Shown here: positions 1-9,981 of the stretch, piece by piece | Layout of the letters: the number at the start of each line of letters is the position of its first letter | Position numbering within the stretch: the first letter of the stretch is position 1 | Assembly: GCA_943841885.1 (NCBI GenBank) | Contig: CALSZZ010000002.1 | Coordinates: 28,262-92,261 of the forward strand | Source of the DNA: Candidatus Thalassarchaeaceae archaeon | Lineage (GTDB): Archaea; Thermoplasmatota; Poseidoniia; Poseidoniales; Thalassarchaeaceae | Length of the DNA: 64,000 nucleotides | Reading direction: 5' to 3' | The notes under the pieces: generated by a model | Told to the model about the DNA's origin: nothing | The model's database searches: none | Seen by the model: the letters and a program-made list of their open reading frames with translations, nothing else | Translations under genes and position numbers: made by a program

Positions 1-1357
1 TTGCATTAGGGTTAGATAATTTTGATGTAATATTTTCAGATTCACTATTGATATATCTTTCAACTAAAGTTTCAACCTCTTGATTTCCCTTTGCTAGTAT
101 CCATGATTCGCCTCTATTATCATATTTCGGCCTTCCAGCCCTCCCCATCATTTGCTTTACTTCCATTACTGAAATAGGGATATTGGTACCCGCTATGGTA
201 TTCCACCGCTTATGGTCCCGAATTATCACTCTACGGGCAGGTAAATTAACTCCTTGCGCCAAGGTCGGTGTCGCTACCAAACAATTTATTTTTCCATCCC
301 TAAATGCCTCTTCTATTTTCTTTCTATGGAAATTACCAAGTCCAGCATGATGGAATCCAATACCACCTTTTATTGATGATATCAATTTTTTGGATAAAGC
401 AGAAGATTCTCTATTTTTAGATAAGGACATGGATAAATCTTCCCATAAAGAAATATTTTTTTTAGAATAAATAGAACTATCATTACTTGATTTCTTTAGA
501 ACATACTTGGATAAATCTCTAGCTTCCTTCTGTGCCGAAGCCCTTGATGCAACAAAAATTAGTAACTGTCCTCCAAATTCCACAACATCATCAAGTACTG
601 CACATAACTTTTGAGATTCTTTACCAATAATTATTCTATTTTTTGGAAGCTCCTCTTTTTTCTTACTATCAATTTTATGAATACTTACTTCCAATCCATT
701 TAATATTCCATATTCTAAAGACACTGGACGCCAACTAGAATTAATCAATTTAGCATTTAACCATTTAGACAAGCTTTCTGAATTACCTACCGTAGCTGAT
801 AATGCTATTATTTGAACATCTGGCTTTCTATGTCTAATTCTCGAAATCACTATTTCTAGAGTTGGCCCTCTTCTAGAATCATTCATCAGATGAAATTCAT
901 CCACTACTAAAATTCCTATTTTATCCATTATATTAGATTTTGTACGAATCAATGAATCAAGTCTTTCACTAGTACAAATAATTATATCTGCATTTTCTAT
1001 TGATGAGGATTCTACTTCTCTATCTCCAGTGGCCATTCCTACTTTCAAATCTGTATTCTTGGCAATTTCACTCAAATCATTAAATTTTTCTTGAGCCAAT
1101 GCTTTTAGGGGAACAACGTAAATTGCCCTTTGTCCTACTAAATCATTAGTTAATCTATGAATTATCGTAAGATAAGCAATTAACGATTTTCCACTTGCAG
1201 TAGGAATTGTAAGTAAAATATTACTGCCATTCAATGAATGTGGCAAGGATTCTTTTTGAGGTGGAAATAATTCTTTTATTTCCCATTCTTTTTCTAAAAA
1301 CGATATGATATTCTTATCTAAACCAAAAGAGACAAGTTGATCCGAATGATGCTTCAC
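1..1357 (-). CDS. hel308: Hel308/Ski2-like DEAD/H helicase, N-terminal part (runs off the left edge)
   Basis: Hand translation from GTG at 1357: MKHHSDQLVSFGLDKNIISFLEKEWEIKELFPPQ...IPTASGKS (Walker A), VVDEFH, ALSAT, GIGFHHAGL, ATPTLAQGVNLPA, QMMGRAGRP. Confidence 0.88.
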   Translation of the reverse strand, partial: MKHHSDQLVSFGLDKNIISFLEKEWEIKELFPPQKESLPHSLNGSNILLTIPTASGKSLIAYLTIIHRLTNDLVGQRAIYVVPLKALAQEKFNDLSEIAKNTDLKVGMATGDREVESSSIENADIIICTSERLDSLIRTKSNIMDKIGILVVDEFHLMNDSRRGPTLEIVISRIRHRKPDVQIIALSATVGNSESLSKWLNAKLINSSWRPVSLEYGILNGLEVSIHKIDSKKKEELPKNRIIIGKESQKLCAVLDDVVEFGGQLLIFVASRASAQKEARDLSKYVLKKSSNDSSIYSKKNISLWEDLSMSLSKNRESSALSKKLISSIKGGIGFHHAGLGNFHRKKIEEAFRDGKINCLVATPTLAQGVNLPARRVIIRDHKRWNTIAGTNIPISVMEVKQMMGRAGRPKYDNRGESWILAKGNQEVETLVERYINSESENITSKLSNPNA

Positions 1358-1470
1358 AACAACTCTCTTATCCGGCCGTTCTAAAGGATACCGCAAAATT
1401 ACTAAAATATTTATTGTAGAAACATTCTTTATTATTTTTGATAATTATATATTTTAAAAACTAAATAGCC

Positions 1471-1947
1471 TCATTCCCATCTGTGGTATGCCGGATGATT
1501 TTCTTTTATTGCAACAAAAACTCCTTCTCCAGTTGCACAAATTTTCCCCTCCGCTTTCATAGTTAAACCTACTTTAACCATTTTTTCTTTAATTTCTATG
1601 ACTTCTCCTTGGATGAATAGTTTTGAATTTGCAGGAGTCGGTCTTCTTAGTTTAACACTATAAGAAGCCGTTACTGTACAGGGAGGATTTTCTTCTCCCG
1701 ATTCATCCATTAGTGCTATTGCTGCTACCCAATTACCGTGACAATCTAGTAAGGTTCCAATTATCCCTCCATTAATCACACCTGGGAAAGCCTGATGTTC
1801 TTGAGATGTTTCAAACTCCATTTCTAAACCTTTATCATTTCTATATGATTTAATTCTCAAACCTCTTTTATTTGCTGGTCCACATCCAAAACATATACTA
1901 TTTGCAGCATATTTTTCTTGTAACGACGACCCCTCTCCTGCGCTCAT
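1471..1947 (-). CDS. PaaI-family (hotdog fold) thioesterase
   Basis: CFGCGPAN motif and HQAFPGVINGGIIGTLLD hotdog motif. Confidence 0.8.
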   Translation of the reverse strand: MSAGEGSSLQEKYAANSICFGCGPANKRGLRIKSYRNDKGLEMEFETSQEHQAFPGVINGGIIGTLLDCHGNWVAAIALMDESGEENPPCTVTASYSVKLRRPTPANSKLFIQGEVIEIKEKMVKVGLTMKAEGKICATGEGVFVAIKENHPAYHRWE

Positions 1948-2028
1948 ATACTGTCAAGTTATGCCATATGAATTCAATTATTCGCTTAATAATAAGCACA
2001 CACTATTAATTCAGTTCCCTTGCGAGGC

Positions 2029-3399
2029 ATGTTGACTGGTGTGGAAAAAGAAAGCGATATTGATTCATTAATCTCAAAAGAATCAGTTAATAAAATAGTA
2101 CCTAGATCTAAGAAGAGACGCTTTGGACCACTTAAAGTGGCTAATCAAATACCTAAAAGTAGACGTCTTGAGATAGAAAAAGGTTTAGAAAAATCTTCTA
2201 AATTATCTAATAAATGGACAAGAGAGGTAGGAGTCAAGACTCATAATTTTTTGAGGAAAAGAATAAAGCCTGGAGAAATAAGAACTATACCATTTAATTT
2301 ACTTGACGTAAAAATAGGCGATTCATGGCCAATAAATGTTACAGTTCTTCATGGCGTGAGGCCGGGGCCAATTGTAACATTATTGGGAGCAATACATGGC
2401 GATGAATTAGTTGGACCTCTAGCTTTGACATATCTGTCCGGGCCTAATTTCCTAGGAGAAGGGAATGCACTCGATCCTTCTATGATGTCTGGAACAGTTA
2501 GAATCATTTCAGTATTAAATCTACCCGGATATAGGAGACAAAGTAGATATTTCCCTGATGGAAGGGACTTGAATAGATTTTTTCCGGGTTTGTATGATAG
2601 TAATACTACTTCAAGGGTTGCGCATAGAATCTGGTCCCAATTAATTTCAGGAAGTGACTATATCATAGACCTACATGCAGCCGCTAAAGGAAGAACAAAT
2701 ATTCCACAAATACGCGTTAATCTTGCCCACTCTCCTAGTAATTTTACAGCCCGATCATTCGGAATCGAAACTATTTTAGATACCAAAGGACCGAGAGGTT
2801 CGCTTAGAAGAACTGCAAATCAAGAAGATATCGCTTGTATTACCTATGAAGGTGGAGGTTCTGATGAAGCTGATCCAGAATCAGTACAAGTTGCTATGTA
2901 TGGTATTTTGAACGTTTTAAGAAGCTTAAGGATGATCCCTGGATATCCCAGCCGCCCAAGATTTAGACTCTTGGCAACAGGTTCGGATTGGATTAGATCC
3001 GACCAAGGGGGGCTATTAGATGTACTAGCTCCTGCAGGAAGTTATGTAGAGGAAGGTGAAATCGTAGCAACCGTAACTGACCCACATGATCCGGGAACAA
3101 GTCATGACATAATATCTCCAAAACAAGGACTTCTCATAAGTACTGCAACATCGCCTTTTGTTACTTCTGGAACTCCAATTGGAAATTTATTACCAGTTAA
3201 GAGAGGAGTCAATACTCTAATGGATCGTTTAGATGAAGAGGGCTGTCTAATTATCAGTGGCTCAGACGGAGATCCTCCTTGGAGAGATGATGACGATATT
3301 GAGGATATTTCTGTTTCCGGTGAATGGTCCGGAGGCTCCCCTGATGCCGAATGGGGATTATCTAATGATAAAATATCGCAAGAAGAAGAAGATTCCTAG
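2029..3399 (+). CDS. Succinylglutamate desuccinylase/aspartoacylase family (M14 metallohydrolase)
   Basis: AIHGDE, DLNRFFPG, IDLH and YEGG zinc/catalytic motifs; C-terminal barrel-sandwich domain; basic N-terminal extension and acidic tail; start uncertain (2020/2029). Confidence 0.8.
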   Translation: MLTGVEKESDIDSLISKESVNKIVPRSKKRRFGPLKVANQIPKSRRLEIEKGLEKSSKLSNKWTREVGVKTHNFLRKRIKPGEIRTIPFNLLDVKIGDSWPINVTVLHGVRPGPIVTLLGAIHGDELVGPLALTYLSGPNFLGEGNALDPSMMSGTVRIISVLNLPGYRRQSRYFPDGRDLNRFFPGLYDSNTTSRVAHRIWSQLISGSDYIIDLHAAAKGRTNIPQIRVNLAHSPSNFTARSFGIETILDTKGPRGSLRRTANQEDIACITYEGGGSDEADPESVQVAMYGILNVLRSLRMIPGYPSRPRFRLLATGSDWIRSDQGGLLDVLAPAGSYVEEGEIVATVTDPHDPGTSHDIISPKQGLLISTATSPFVTSGTPIGNLLPVKRGVNTLMDRLDEEGCLIISGSDGDPPWRDDDDIEDISVSGEWSGGSPDAEWGLSNDKISQEEEDS

Positions 3400-6300
3400 T
3401 TATTTTTATCTTCTAAATTAATAAGATCTGTTATTATAGGCGCGGGTGGTAAATTTATATTTCCATTTCTAGAATTGGAAATTTTGGAAACCTCAAAAGC
3501 ATCATATGCATCTTTTATATTTTTATTATTATTTACTCTAATTACAATTGCCACTCCCATTACAGAAATCAATACTATGAAAACAAACATTCCAATAATT
3601 CCCGAGGTAGTGCCTAGAAAAGATACCATATTAGTATTTTCTTTAGAATTCTTAATCCATACATCTGTTTTAATTTCCCATGTTAATTCGGTTTCTATTC
3701 CTAAATCAGTAATTATTACTGTAATATTTTGATTTTTATTACCTTCTAAACACAAGTGTGTTTCTAAAGGGACCCTAAATTGATTATTACAATCCAAAGG
3801 AGATAAAAATAACCTTATCCCATTAGATGAAGTATTATTTGTTATTGTAAAATTCTCAAATTTCCATAAAATAGTTCTTTCTATATTACTAGGAATACCT
3901 TCTATATTGATGATTAGTGATTTATTACCAGAATCCCAATAATACTGTTGATTATAATCTGGAGTAGTACTTATGAAATCCAGTCGTGTGACATTTTCAT
4001 CTATTTCATCATTGCAATTATCATCAATTCCATTCCATAATTCCGCCATTCCTGAATTTATTTGAAACGCTAAATCGTTACAATCTTCAAATTCATAATA
4101 ACCATCAGAATCTTTATCATAATCATATTTTGTTGGGTCTGAAAACTTTTGTAATATCTCTATTCCATCCTCTATTCCATCATCATCAGAATCATTATCT
4201 GAGGGATTTGTACTATAATTATGATATTCAGAGTAGTCAGAGATATCATCATAATCGCTATCTAGGTACCAAAAAGTTTCATCAATCAAATTATCACAAT
4301 CATTATCTTTATTATCTAATTTCTCAGGTTTATCTGGTGCTCTTTCAAAATCTTCATCATCACAATCTTGGAATTCATACCATCCATCAGCATCAATATC
4401 TAAATCTGTTTCATTGGGATTGGAGTTGAATGAATTCACCTCTATGCCATCTGGTAAACCATCTCCATCAGAGTCTCCATTCAAGTGATTAGTGGAATAA
4501 TTATGATACTCTTCAAAATCAGTGAGTCCATCTGAATCAGAGTCTAATAGTAAAAAATCTTCGTCTATGGAGTTATCGCAATCATTGTCGACATTATCCA
4601 GTTTTTCATCCATATTTGGATATCTATTGGAGTTATTATCATCACAATCTTGGAACCAATACCATCCGTCTGAGTCCTGATCTAAATCTGATACTAATGG
4701 GTCAGTCTCATACACGATTACTTCTTCATAATCAGTTAGCCCATCTTCATCAGAATCAGAATTATTAAAATCAGTCCCATAAATATGATATTCTTCATAA
4801 TCTATCAAACCATCATTATCTAAATCTGTTTGACTATATCCTTCATCAATAACTTCGTTACAGTTATCATCAACTCCATTTAGGATCTCAACCATATCTG
4901 GATTTATCAGAGAATCATTATCATTACAGTCTTGAAAGTGATAAAAAGAGTCTCCATCATTATCGAGATTCGCAACATTAGGGTCTGTACCCCAAATATT
5001 CAATTCATCAATGTCTGATAACCCATCCTCGTCTGAATCTGCAACTAAAGGATTTGTTCCATACGTAATGACCTCTTCGTAATCCGTTAGTCCATCGACG
5101 TCAGTATCTGCAACATCGGCTTTAGTATTGTAGATTATTACTTCTTCATAATCTGTTAAACCATCATCATCCATGTCTGGATTATATGGATCGGTACCAA
5201 ATACCTCAGTTTCATTTTCATCACTCAAACCATCTCCATCATCATCTGAATCTATAAAATCACATATTCCATCTCCATCAAAGTCAAGTGGTGTTGAACT
5301 ATTGTCAATAGAACTCGTGTTACATGAATATTCTCCTTCATCTGACCACCCATCATCATCATCATCTGAATCTATAAAATCACATATCCCATCTAAGTCT
5401 ACATCGTTGGGCTGAGAATTCTGATCTGTTGAGTTTGTTTCACAATTTTCTTCTTCTTCGTCTGACCATCCATCTCCATCATCATCTGAATCAATATTAT
5501 CACAAATATTATCATTATCTATATCGGATGGAGTAGAATTTGAATCTAATGAATCTGTACCGCAACTAGATTCATCTATATCTGACCACCCATCTCCATC
5601 ATCATCAGTGTCTGTAAAGTCACTTATCCCATCTTGATCAGTATCTGTGTAATTTCCCATTCCGTGAATTATCATTTCCCAATAATTTAGAGTCCCTGTA
5701 TCTGAGCTGACAGTGTCTCTTATCTTTAATTTCCATTCACCCACAGCCTCTTCTCCCCAATGGTGGACAGTATTGAACATCCAATCTGAGTATCCATTAC
5801 CATTATCATTTCTGGCCTCAGCTAACCATGATTCTTTACCCGATGGAGATACCAATACTATATCCAAATCCCCTCTGGAAGTATGGGTAATATCTGTTAT
5901 CAAATCTATACTTTCTATGCTGATATCAGAGGTAATATTTAGTGAAAATTCACTCCATTGATTATTATTGTCAGGAATCCCTACTCCGGGTGTGAATGGA
6001 CCATATGAGAAATTACTTTCGTAATCAACATTTGTCCAATTCTCTGCTAATGAAACTGCAGAACCAGCGTCAACAACTCCAAATCCATATTTATGCGATA
6101 CTTGTAATCCGGCCCCATTAATTTCCCAAGATGAATCATTCTCATCATTAACTCTAGAACTTTGTACCAATATGTGTTGGACATCTCTCCATGTCAAATT
6201 TACATTAGCTTCTAAAATTAGGGCGATTACTCCCGCAGCGAGAGGAGTCGCACTAGAAGTTCCACCAAAATTATCAGTGACATCTCCATTGCTATATCCT

Positions 6301-7454
6301 CCACTTCCTTCATTATCAGTGGTAGTTATGCCCTCTCCATCTCCATTGGAATGTGCTGCAACTAGTATGTTTGCACCCGGTTCAGCATAGTATGACTGTT
6401 CACCAAGATGATTTATTGCTGTAACTGCTATGGTATATCTACTATTTGCATATCCGTCATAGTTAGCATTATCATCATCTTCTAAACCATTTCCAGCAGC
6501 CCATGTGTAAATATTTCCTAAACCAGATCTTCCTTGATAGGCTCCATTTTCTATTGCAGCCAAAGTTAATGCACCTGGGGCTTCTAATGTTTGTCCATCA
6601 TCTGAAGGCCCCCAAGAATTTGTGTAGATGTCAATATCATCACTTTGAAAACTCAATGCATCGGCTTCCATTTCATCACTAGTTCCACATGCGATTAACG
6701 TAGACCCCGACAAACTAGCTCCAAAAGATGCACCTGTCACATCTATTCCATTATCTCCTACAGCAGCAGCCACGCCCCCTGCAGCAGTTCCATGGCCATC
6801 CCATGAGTTCGGACTGGGGTCTGGATCGTCATTGCACCAATCAAAAGAGAATGTTGAATTATAATTACCTTCTATATCTGGATGCTCATGATCTAGGCCA
6901 TCATCAACTACACTAATAAATATCCCTGTACCATTGTACTTATTCCACACGCCAGTCACATTGATATCTTCGCCAGACAATCCTCCTGTTTGACCGGTAT
7001 TTTGTAGGTGCCATTGCTCATCAAAATCAGGATCATTAGGGATATATCTTACGTCTTGAAATTTTTCTGTTAGTGGATAAAAGTACTCAATATCTCCAGA
7101 TTTAATTAATTTATTTAATCCATCCATGGCATCAGATGATTCTTCAAATTTCCATATATATGTTCCTTGTAAAAATTCAAAATCCTCAGTTTCAAAGGAT
7201 GCTGATATCAGATTACTATGATATTCTAATGGATATCCTGTAACTACCACCCAATCGTTAGTTTGTGAAAGCGTAGTATCTTGGTATTGACTTAAATCGC
7301 TTAATCTAGAAAAAGAAATCTGAACTGATTTTGAATACTTTTCAGTAATATTAGTTTCTAGTTGTATCTCTAATAACAAATCTTCCTGATTTTCGGCATC
7401 TACTAAACTAATGGGTGCTAGTATCAACAAAGTAACAAGTAGTGCTCCCCGCAT
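3396..7454 (-). CDS. Secreted, membrane-anchored kexin/furin-like S8 serine peptidase with P-domain and Asp-rich Ca/metal-binding repeats
   Basis: Signal peptide; triad VVDDG, HGTAAGG, GTSSATP; WAAGNG oxyanion Asn; LTWRDVQH; P-domain (THTSRGDL...GEWKLKI); DxDxDG repeats; C-terminal TM helix. Confidence 0.9.
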   Translation of the reverse strand: MRGALLVTLLILAPISLVDAENQEDLLLEIQLETNITEKYSKSVQISFSRLSDLSQYQDTTLSQTNDWVVVTGYPLEYHSNLISASFETEDFEFLQGTYIWKFEESSDAMDGLNKLIKSGDIEYFYPLTEKFQDVRYIPNDPDFDEQWHLQNTGQTGGLSGEDINVTGVWNKYNGTGIFISVVDDGLDHEHPDIEGNYNSTFSFDWCNDDPDPSPNSWDGHGTAAGGVAAAVGDNGIDVTGASFGASLSGSTLIACGTSDEMEADALSFQSDDIDIYTNSWGPSDDGQTLEAPGALTLAAIENGAYQGRSGLGNIYTWAAGNGLEDDDNANYDGYANSRYTIAVTAINHLGEQSYYAEPGANILVAAHSNGDGEGITTTDNEGSGGYSNGDVTDNFGGTSSATPLAAGVIALILEANVNLTWRDVQHILVQSSRVNDENDSSWEINGAGLQVSHKYGFGVVDAGSAVSLAENWTNVDYESNFSYGPFTPGVGIPDNNNQWSEFSLNITSDISIESIDLITDITHTSRGDLDIVLVSPSGKESWLAEARNDNGNGYSDWMFNTVHHWGEEAVGEWKLKIRDTVSSDTGTLNYWEMIIHGMGNYTDTDQDGISDFTDTDDDGDGWSDIDESSCGTDSLDSNSTPSDIDNDNICDNIDSDDDGDGWSDEEEENCETNSTDQNSQPNDVDLDGICDFIDSDDDDDGWSDEGEYSCNTSSIDNSSTPLDFDGDGICDFIDSDDDGDGLSDENETEVFGTDPYNPDMDDDGLTDYEEVIIYNTKADVADTDVDGLTDYEEVITYGTNPLVADSDEDGLSDIDELNIWGTDPNVANLDNDGDSFYHFQDCNDNDSLINPDMVEILNGVDDNCNEVIDEGYSQTDLDNDGLIDYEEYHIYGTDFNNSDSDEDGLTDYEEVIVYETDPLVSDLDQDSDGWYWFQDCDDNNSNRYPNMDEKLDNVDNDCDNSIDEDFLLLDSDSDGLTDFEEYHNYSTNHLNGDSDGDGLPDGIEVNSFNSNPNETDLDIDADGWYEFQDCDDEDFERAPDKPEKLDNKDNDCDNLIDETFWYLDSDYDDISDYSEYHNYSTNPSDNDSDDDGIEDGIEILQKFSDPTKYDYDKDSDGYYEFEDCNDLAFQINSGMAELWNGIDDNCNDEIDENVTRLDFISTTPDYNQQYYWDSGNKSLIINIEGIPSNIERTILWKFENFTITNNTSSNGIRLFLSPLDCNNQFRVPLETHLCLEGNKNQNITVIITDLGIETELTWEIKTDVWIKNSKENTNMVSFLGTTSGIIGMFVFIVLISVMGVAIVIRVNNNKNIKDAYDAFEVSKISNSRNGNINLPPAPIITDLINLEDKNN
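5221..5640 (-). repeat. Intragenic tandem repeat, 120-bp (40-aa) period, TSP3-like DxDxDG-ICD-DSDDDGDGWSD units
   Basis: Blocks starting at 5221, 5341, 5461 and 5581 share tc(t/a)...catc(t/a)(c/t)catcatcatc...cac...atc at exact 120-nt spacing. Confidence 0.85.
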
Positions 7455-7517
7455 TTTTAAGGCTTCAATTCATTTTCCCTATATGTATTTGTATTGAAAG
7501 TTCATATGTTTGATATT

Positions 7518-8774
7518 CTAATTATTATGAAATTTTTCTATAGAGTTATGTATTTCTTCATCTTCCATCAATTTTCTTTGGTTTTTTGCAACATTGAACA
7601 TATATTCGACTAATTTATCCGTAATTTCATATCCATTATTTTTTAACCACCAAATTATATTTGATCTTCCACTCATATGTCCTATTCTTATTACCTGTTT
7701 CAATCCATAATCAGTTGCTGGAACGCCAGAATAAATTCTATCCGCTAGCCAATGATCTCCCTTATCCATGGCTTTTACAACGGCGGACGCATGAACGCCA
7801 GTTCCTGTTTCAAAAGCATCATTGCCAAAAATAGGATAATTTCTTGGTAATGGGATCTTAATATATTCATGAGCCTTTTTGATATACTCATCCAATGCAG
7901 TCAAATCGTTACTAATGACGCCCATCAAACTAAGGTTAACGAGTGTTTGATCTAGAGGGGCATTACCTGCTCTTTCTCCAATACCTAATGCAGTTCCATG
8001 GATGACATCTGCACCAGATTCGAATGCAGCAATATTATTCGCAACTCCAAGCCCCCTATCTTGATGGCCATGCCAGTTTACTTCTATATTTCTTCTCTTA
8101 AAACCAGCATCAGGAATTACCTCATTTTGTATAAATGAAAGTAATTTATTTACTCCATTTGGAGTTACATGACCACAAGTATCACAAATACAAATCCTTT
8201 CAACTCCAAGTTCCAAAGCACGAGTATAAACTTCTTTGATGTCTTCGGGTTTGCTGCGAGTAGTATCTTCAGTAACAAACATAACTGGGACATCATTCTC
8301 AATTGCAAAACTAACAGCCTTTTCAGCAGTAGACAAGATCTTTTCCATATTCCATCCTTCTGTATATTGACGAATAGGACTAGTTCCAAGAAAAGCACTT
8401 GCCTGAATTTCACAGTCATATTTAGATTGTAAATCAATCAAAGGAGTAATATCACTTACAAGTGTTCTAACTGCACATCCAGGCCTTATTTCATATGATT
8501 TATCTTTAATGTGAGAGAGCATTGAATCAATGTGCTCAATATGAAATTGACCTGCGCCGGGTAATCCCAGATCAACTTTTTGAATACCTATTTTTTCCAT
8601 ATAGTCTATCAATTCTATTTTTTGCTCTATTTTTGGGTTGTTTGCGCTAGGACTTTGTAGTCCATCACGAAGTGTCTCATCATCAAACCATAATTCATGA
8701 GGATGATTTTCGGACACTCTCTTGATATCATAGTCAATTTCATTCCAATCATAGATTAATTCCTTCTCATCCAT
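7518..8774 (-). CDS. LeuA/homocitrate synthase-like DRE-TIM acyltransferase lacking the regulatory domain
   Basis: DETLRDGLQ, CDTCG, WHGHQDRG, GIGERAGNA, GVHASA, GHMSG; ATG 8774 follows a GAGGGG RBS. Confidence 0.8.
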   Translation of the reverse strand: MDEKELIYDWNEIDYDIKRVSENHPHELWFDDETLRDGLQSPSANNPKIEQKIELIDYMEKIGIQKVDLGLPGAGQFHIEHIDSMLSHIKDKSYEIRPGCAVRTLVSDITPLIDLQSKYDCEIQASAFLGTSPIRQYTEGWNMEKILSTAEKAVSFAIENDVPVMFVTEDTTRSKPEDIKEVYTRALELGVERICICDTCGHVTPNGVNKLLSFIQNEVIPDAGFKRRNIEVNWHGHQDRGLGVANNIAAFESGADVIHGTALGIGERAGNAPLDQTLVNLSLMGVISNDLTALDEYIKKAHEYIKIPLPRNYPIFGNDAFETGTGVHASAVVKAMDKGDHWLADRIYSGVPATDYGLKQVIRIGHMSGRSNIIWWLKNNGYEITDKLVEYMFNVAKNQRKLMEDEEIHNSIEKFHNN

Positions 8775-8837
8775 TGCGACCCCTCTTCCATTTTTAATCT
8801 TCAACAAGCCACACAGTGCTTCAAACCATCGGGAGTT

Positions 8838-9944
8838 TTAGTTATTATTAACCTCTGTACTAACTTTTTTTTTACTCCATTCAGAACGATAAATAGAGAT
8901 TAATACGATTACTAGTCCAACCACTGCTCCTTCAGAACCTAAACTTCCGATGACTAAAATTATGAACATCAATGCAAGATACCAAAGAGATACGTAAAAA
9001 GATCTTGAGGCAATTGACATTCTCCCTCTTTCATCAATTTTCTCATGTACGTCAATCTTCCATACAGTCGTCGCATACCAAATACTCAATATCGTAGTAT
9101 TGACGCTAATAAGATAATTAGTTGAGGACCATTCATCAAATCTTATCCATTTATCAGTTGGCGTATAATTAAGAAATGCAATTAAGGATAATAAAATAAG
9201 CAAAATTGAATATATCTTCATTTCTGTTAATGTTCTAGCCTTACCTTTGACGTTGGGCATCATCGGAACTCCAACTTTTTCATATTCTTTAGAACGATAT
9301 AATGCAAGGGCCCAGAAGTGAGGTGGAGTCCATAGAAAGATTAGAATGAACATAAACCATGGCATAAGAGGAAAAGATCCTAAAAAATCATGAGGCCCTA
9401 AATAAATTATTGATTCTAGGAATGATTTGATTGACGATGTTTCAATCACAAGATTTTTTTCAGCAGCTGCCCATCCAATTAGAGGAGGAGTTGACCCAGC
9501 AATACCTCCTACAACTATATTTTGCGGAGTCTTCCTTTTTAGAAACATGCTGTATATTAAGACATAAAAAAGTATACTAAAAACTGCCCAAAAAGTAGCA
9601 ACATAGTTCGTAAATAAAGAGAACCAGATTGTCCCTCCAATTGACATCAAAATACCAAATACCAATGCAGAATTTGCCTCTATCTCTCCCGTAGAGAGAG
9701 GCCTATTGGAAGTTCTAGTCATGATTGGATCAATATCTCTATCATACCACATATTAATTGTATTCGCTCCTCCTGCAGTTAAATAACCTCCAATCATTAC
9801 TATCGACATTATTTTTAGGGTCTCCATGGAGACTCCCGATTCGCCAATTAAGTCATGAGAAAGTACCGAACAGAGAGCAGTAATCTGTAATAGTATCACA
9901 ACTCTGGGTTTGGTCAGTGAAAAATATGAATTTAGTGTTCCCAT
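8838..9944 (-). CDS. ctaB: Protoheme IX farnesyltransferase (heme O synthase)
   Basis: LTKPRV, NMWYDRDIDPIMTRTSNRP, LKRKTPQNIVVGGIAG, FLWTPPHFWALA. Confidence 0.95.
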   Translation of the reverse strand: MGTLNSYFSLTKPRVVILLQITALCSVLSHDLIGESGVSMETLKIMSIVMIGGYLTAGGANTINMWYDRDIDPIMTRTSNRPLSTGEIEANSALVFGILMSIGGTIWFSLFTNYVATFWAVFSILFYVLIYSMFLKRKTPQNIVVGGIAGSTPPLIGWAAAEKNLVIETSSIKSFLESIIYLGPHDFLGSFPLMPWFMFILIFLWTPPHFWALALYRSKEYEKVGVPMMPNVKGKARTLTEMKIYSILLILLSLIAFLNYTPTDKWIRFDEWSSTNYLISVNTTILSIWYATTVWKIDVHEKIDERGRMSIASRSFYVSLWYLALMFIILVIGSLGSEGAVVGLVIVLISIYRSEWSKKKVSTEVNNN

Positions 9945-9981
9945 AGGGATATCTCCTGTATGGCCCTTTAACTACTCACGT

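Noticed and set aside
3990..5640. Periodic repeats as a possible CRISPR array
   Set aside because: They are in-frame, degenerate coding repeats of the S8 protease; no identical repeats with unique spacers and no cas genes
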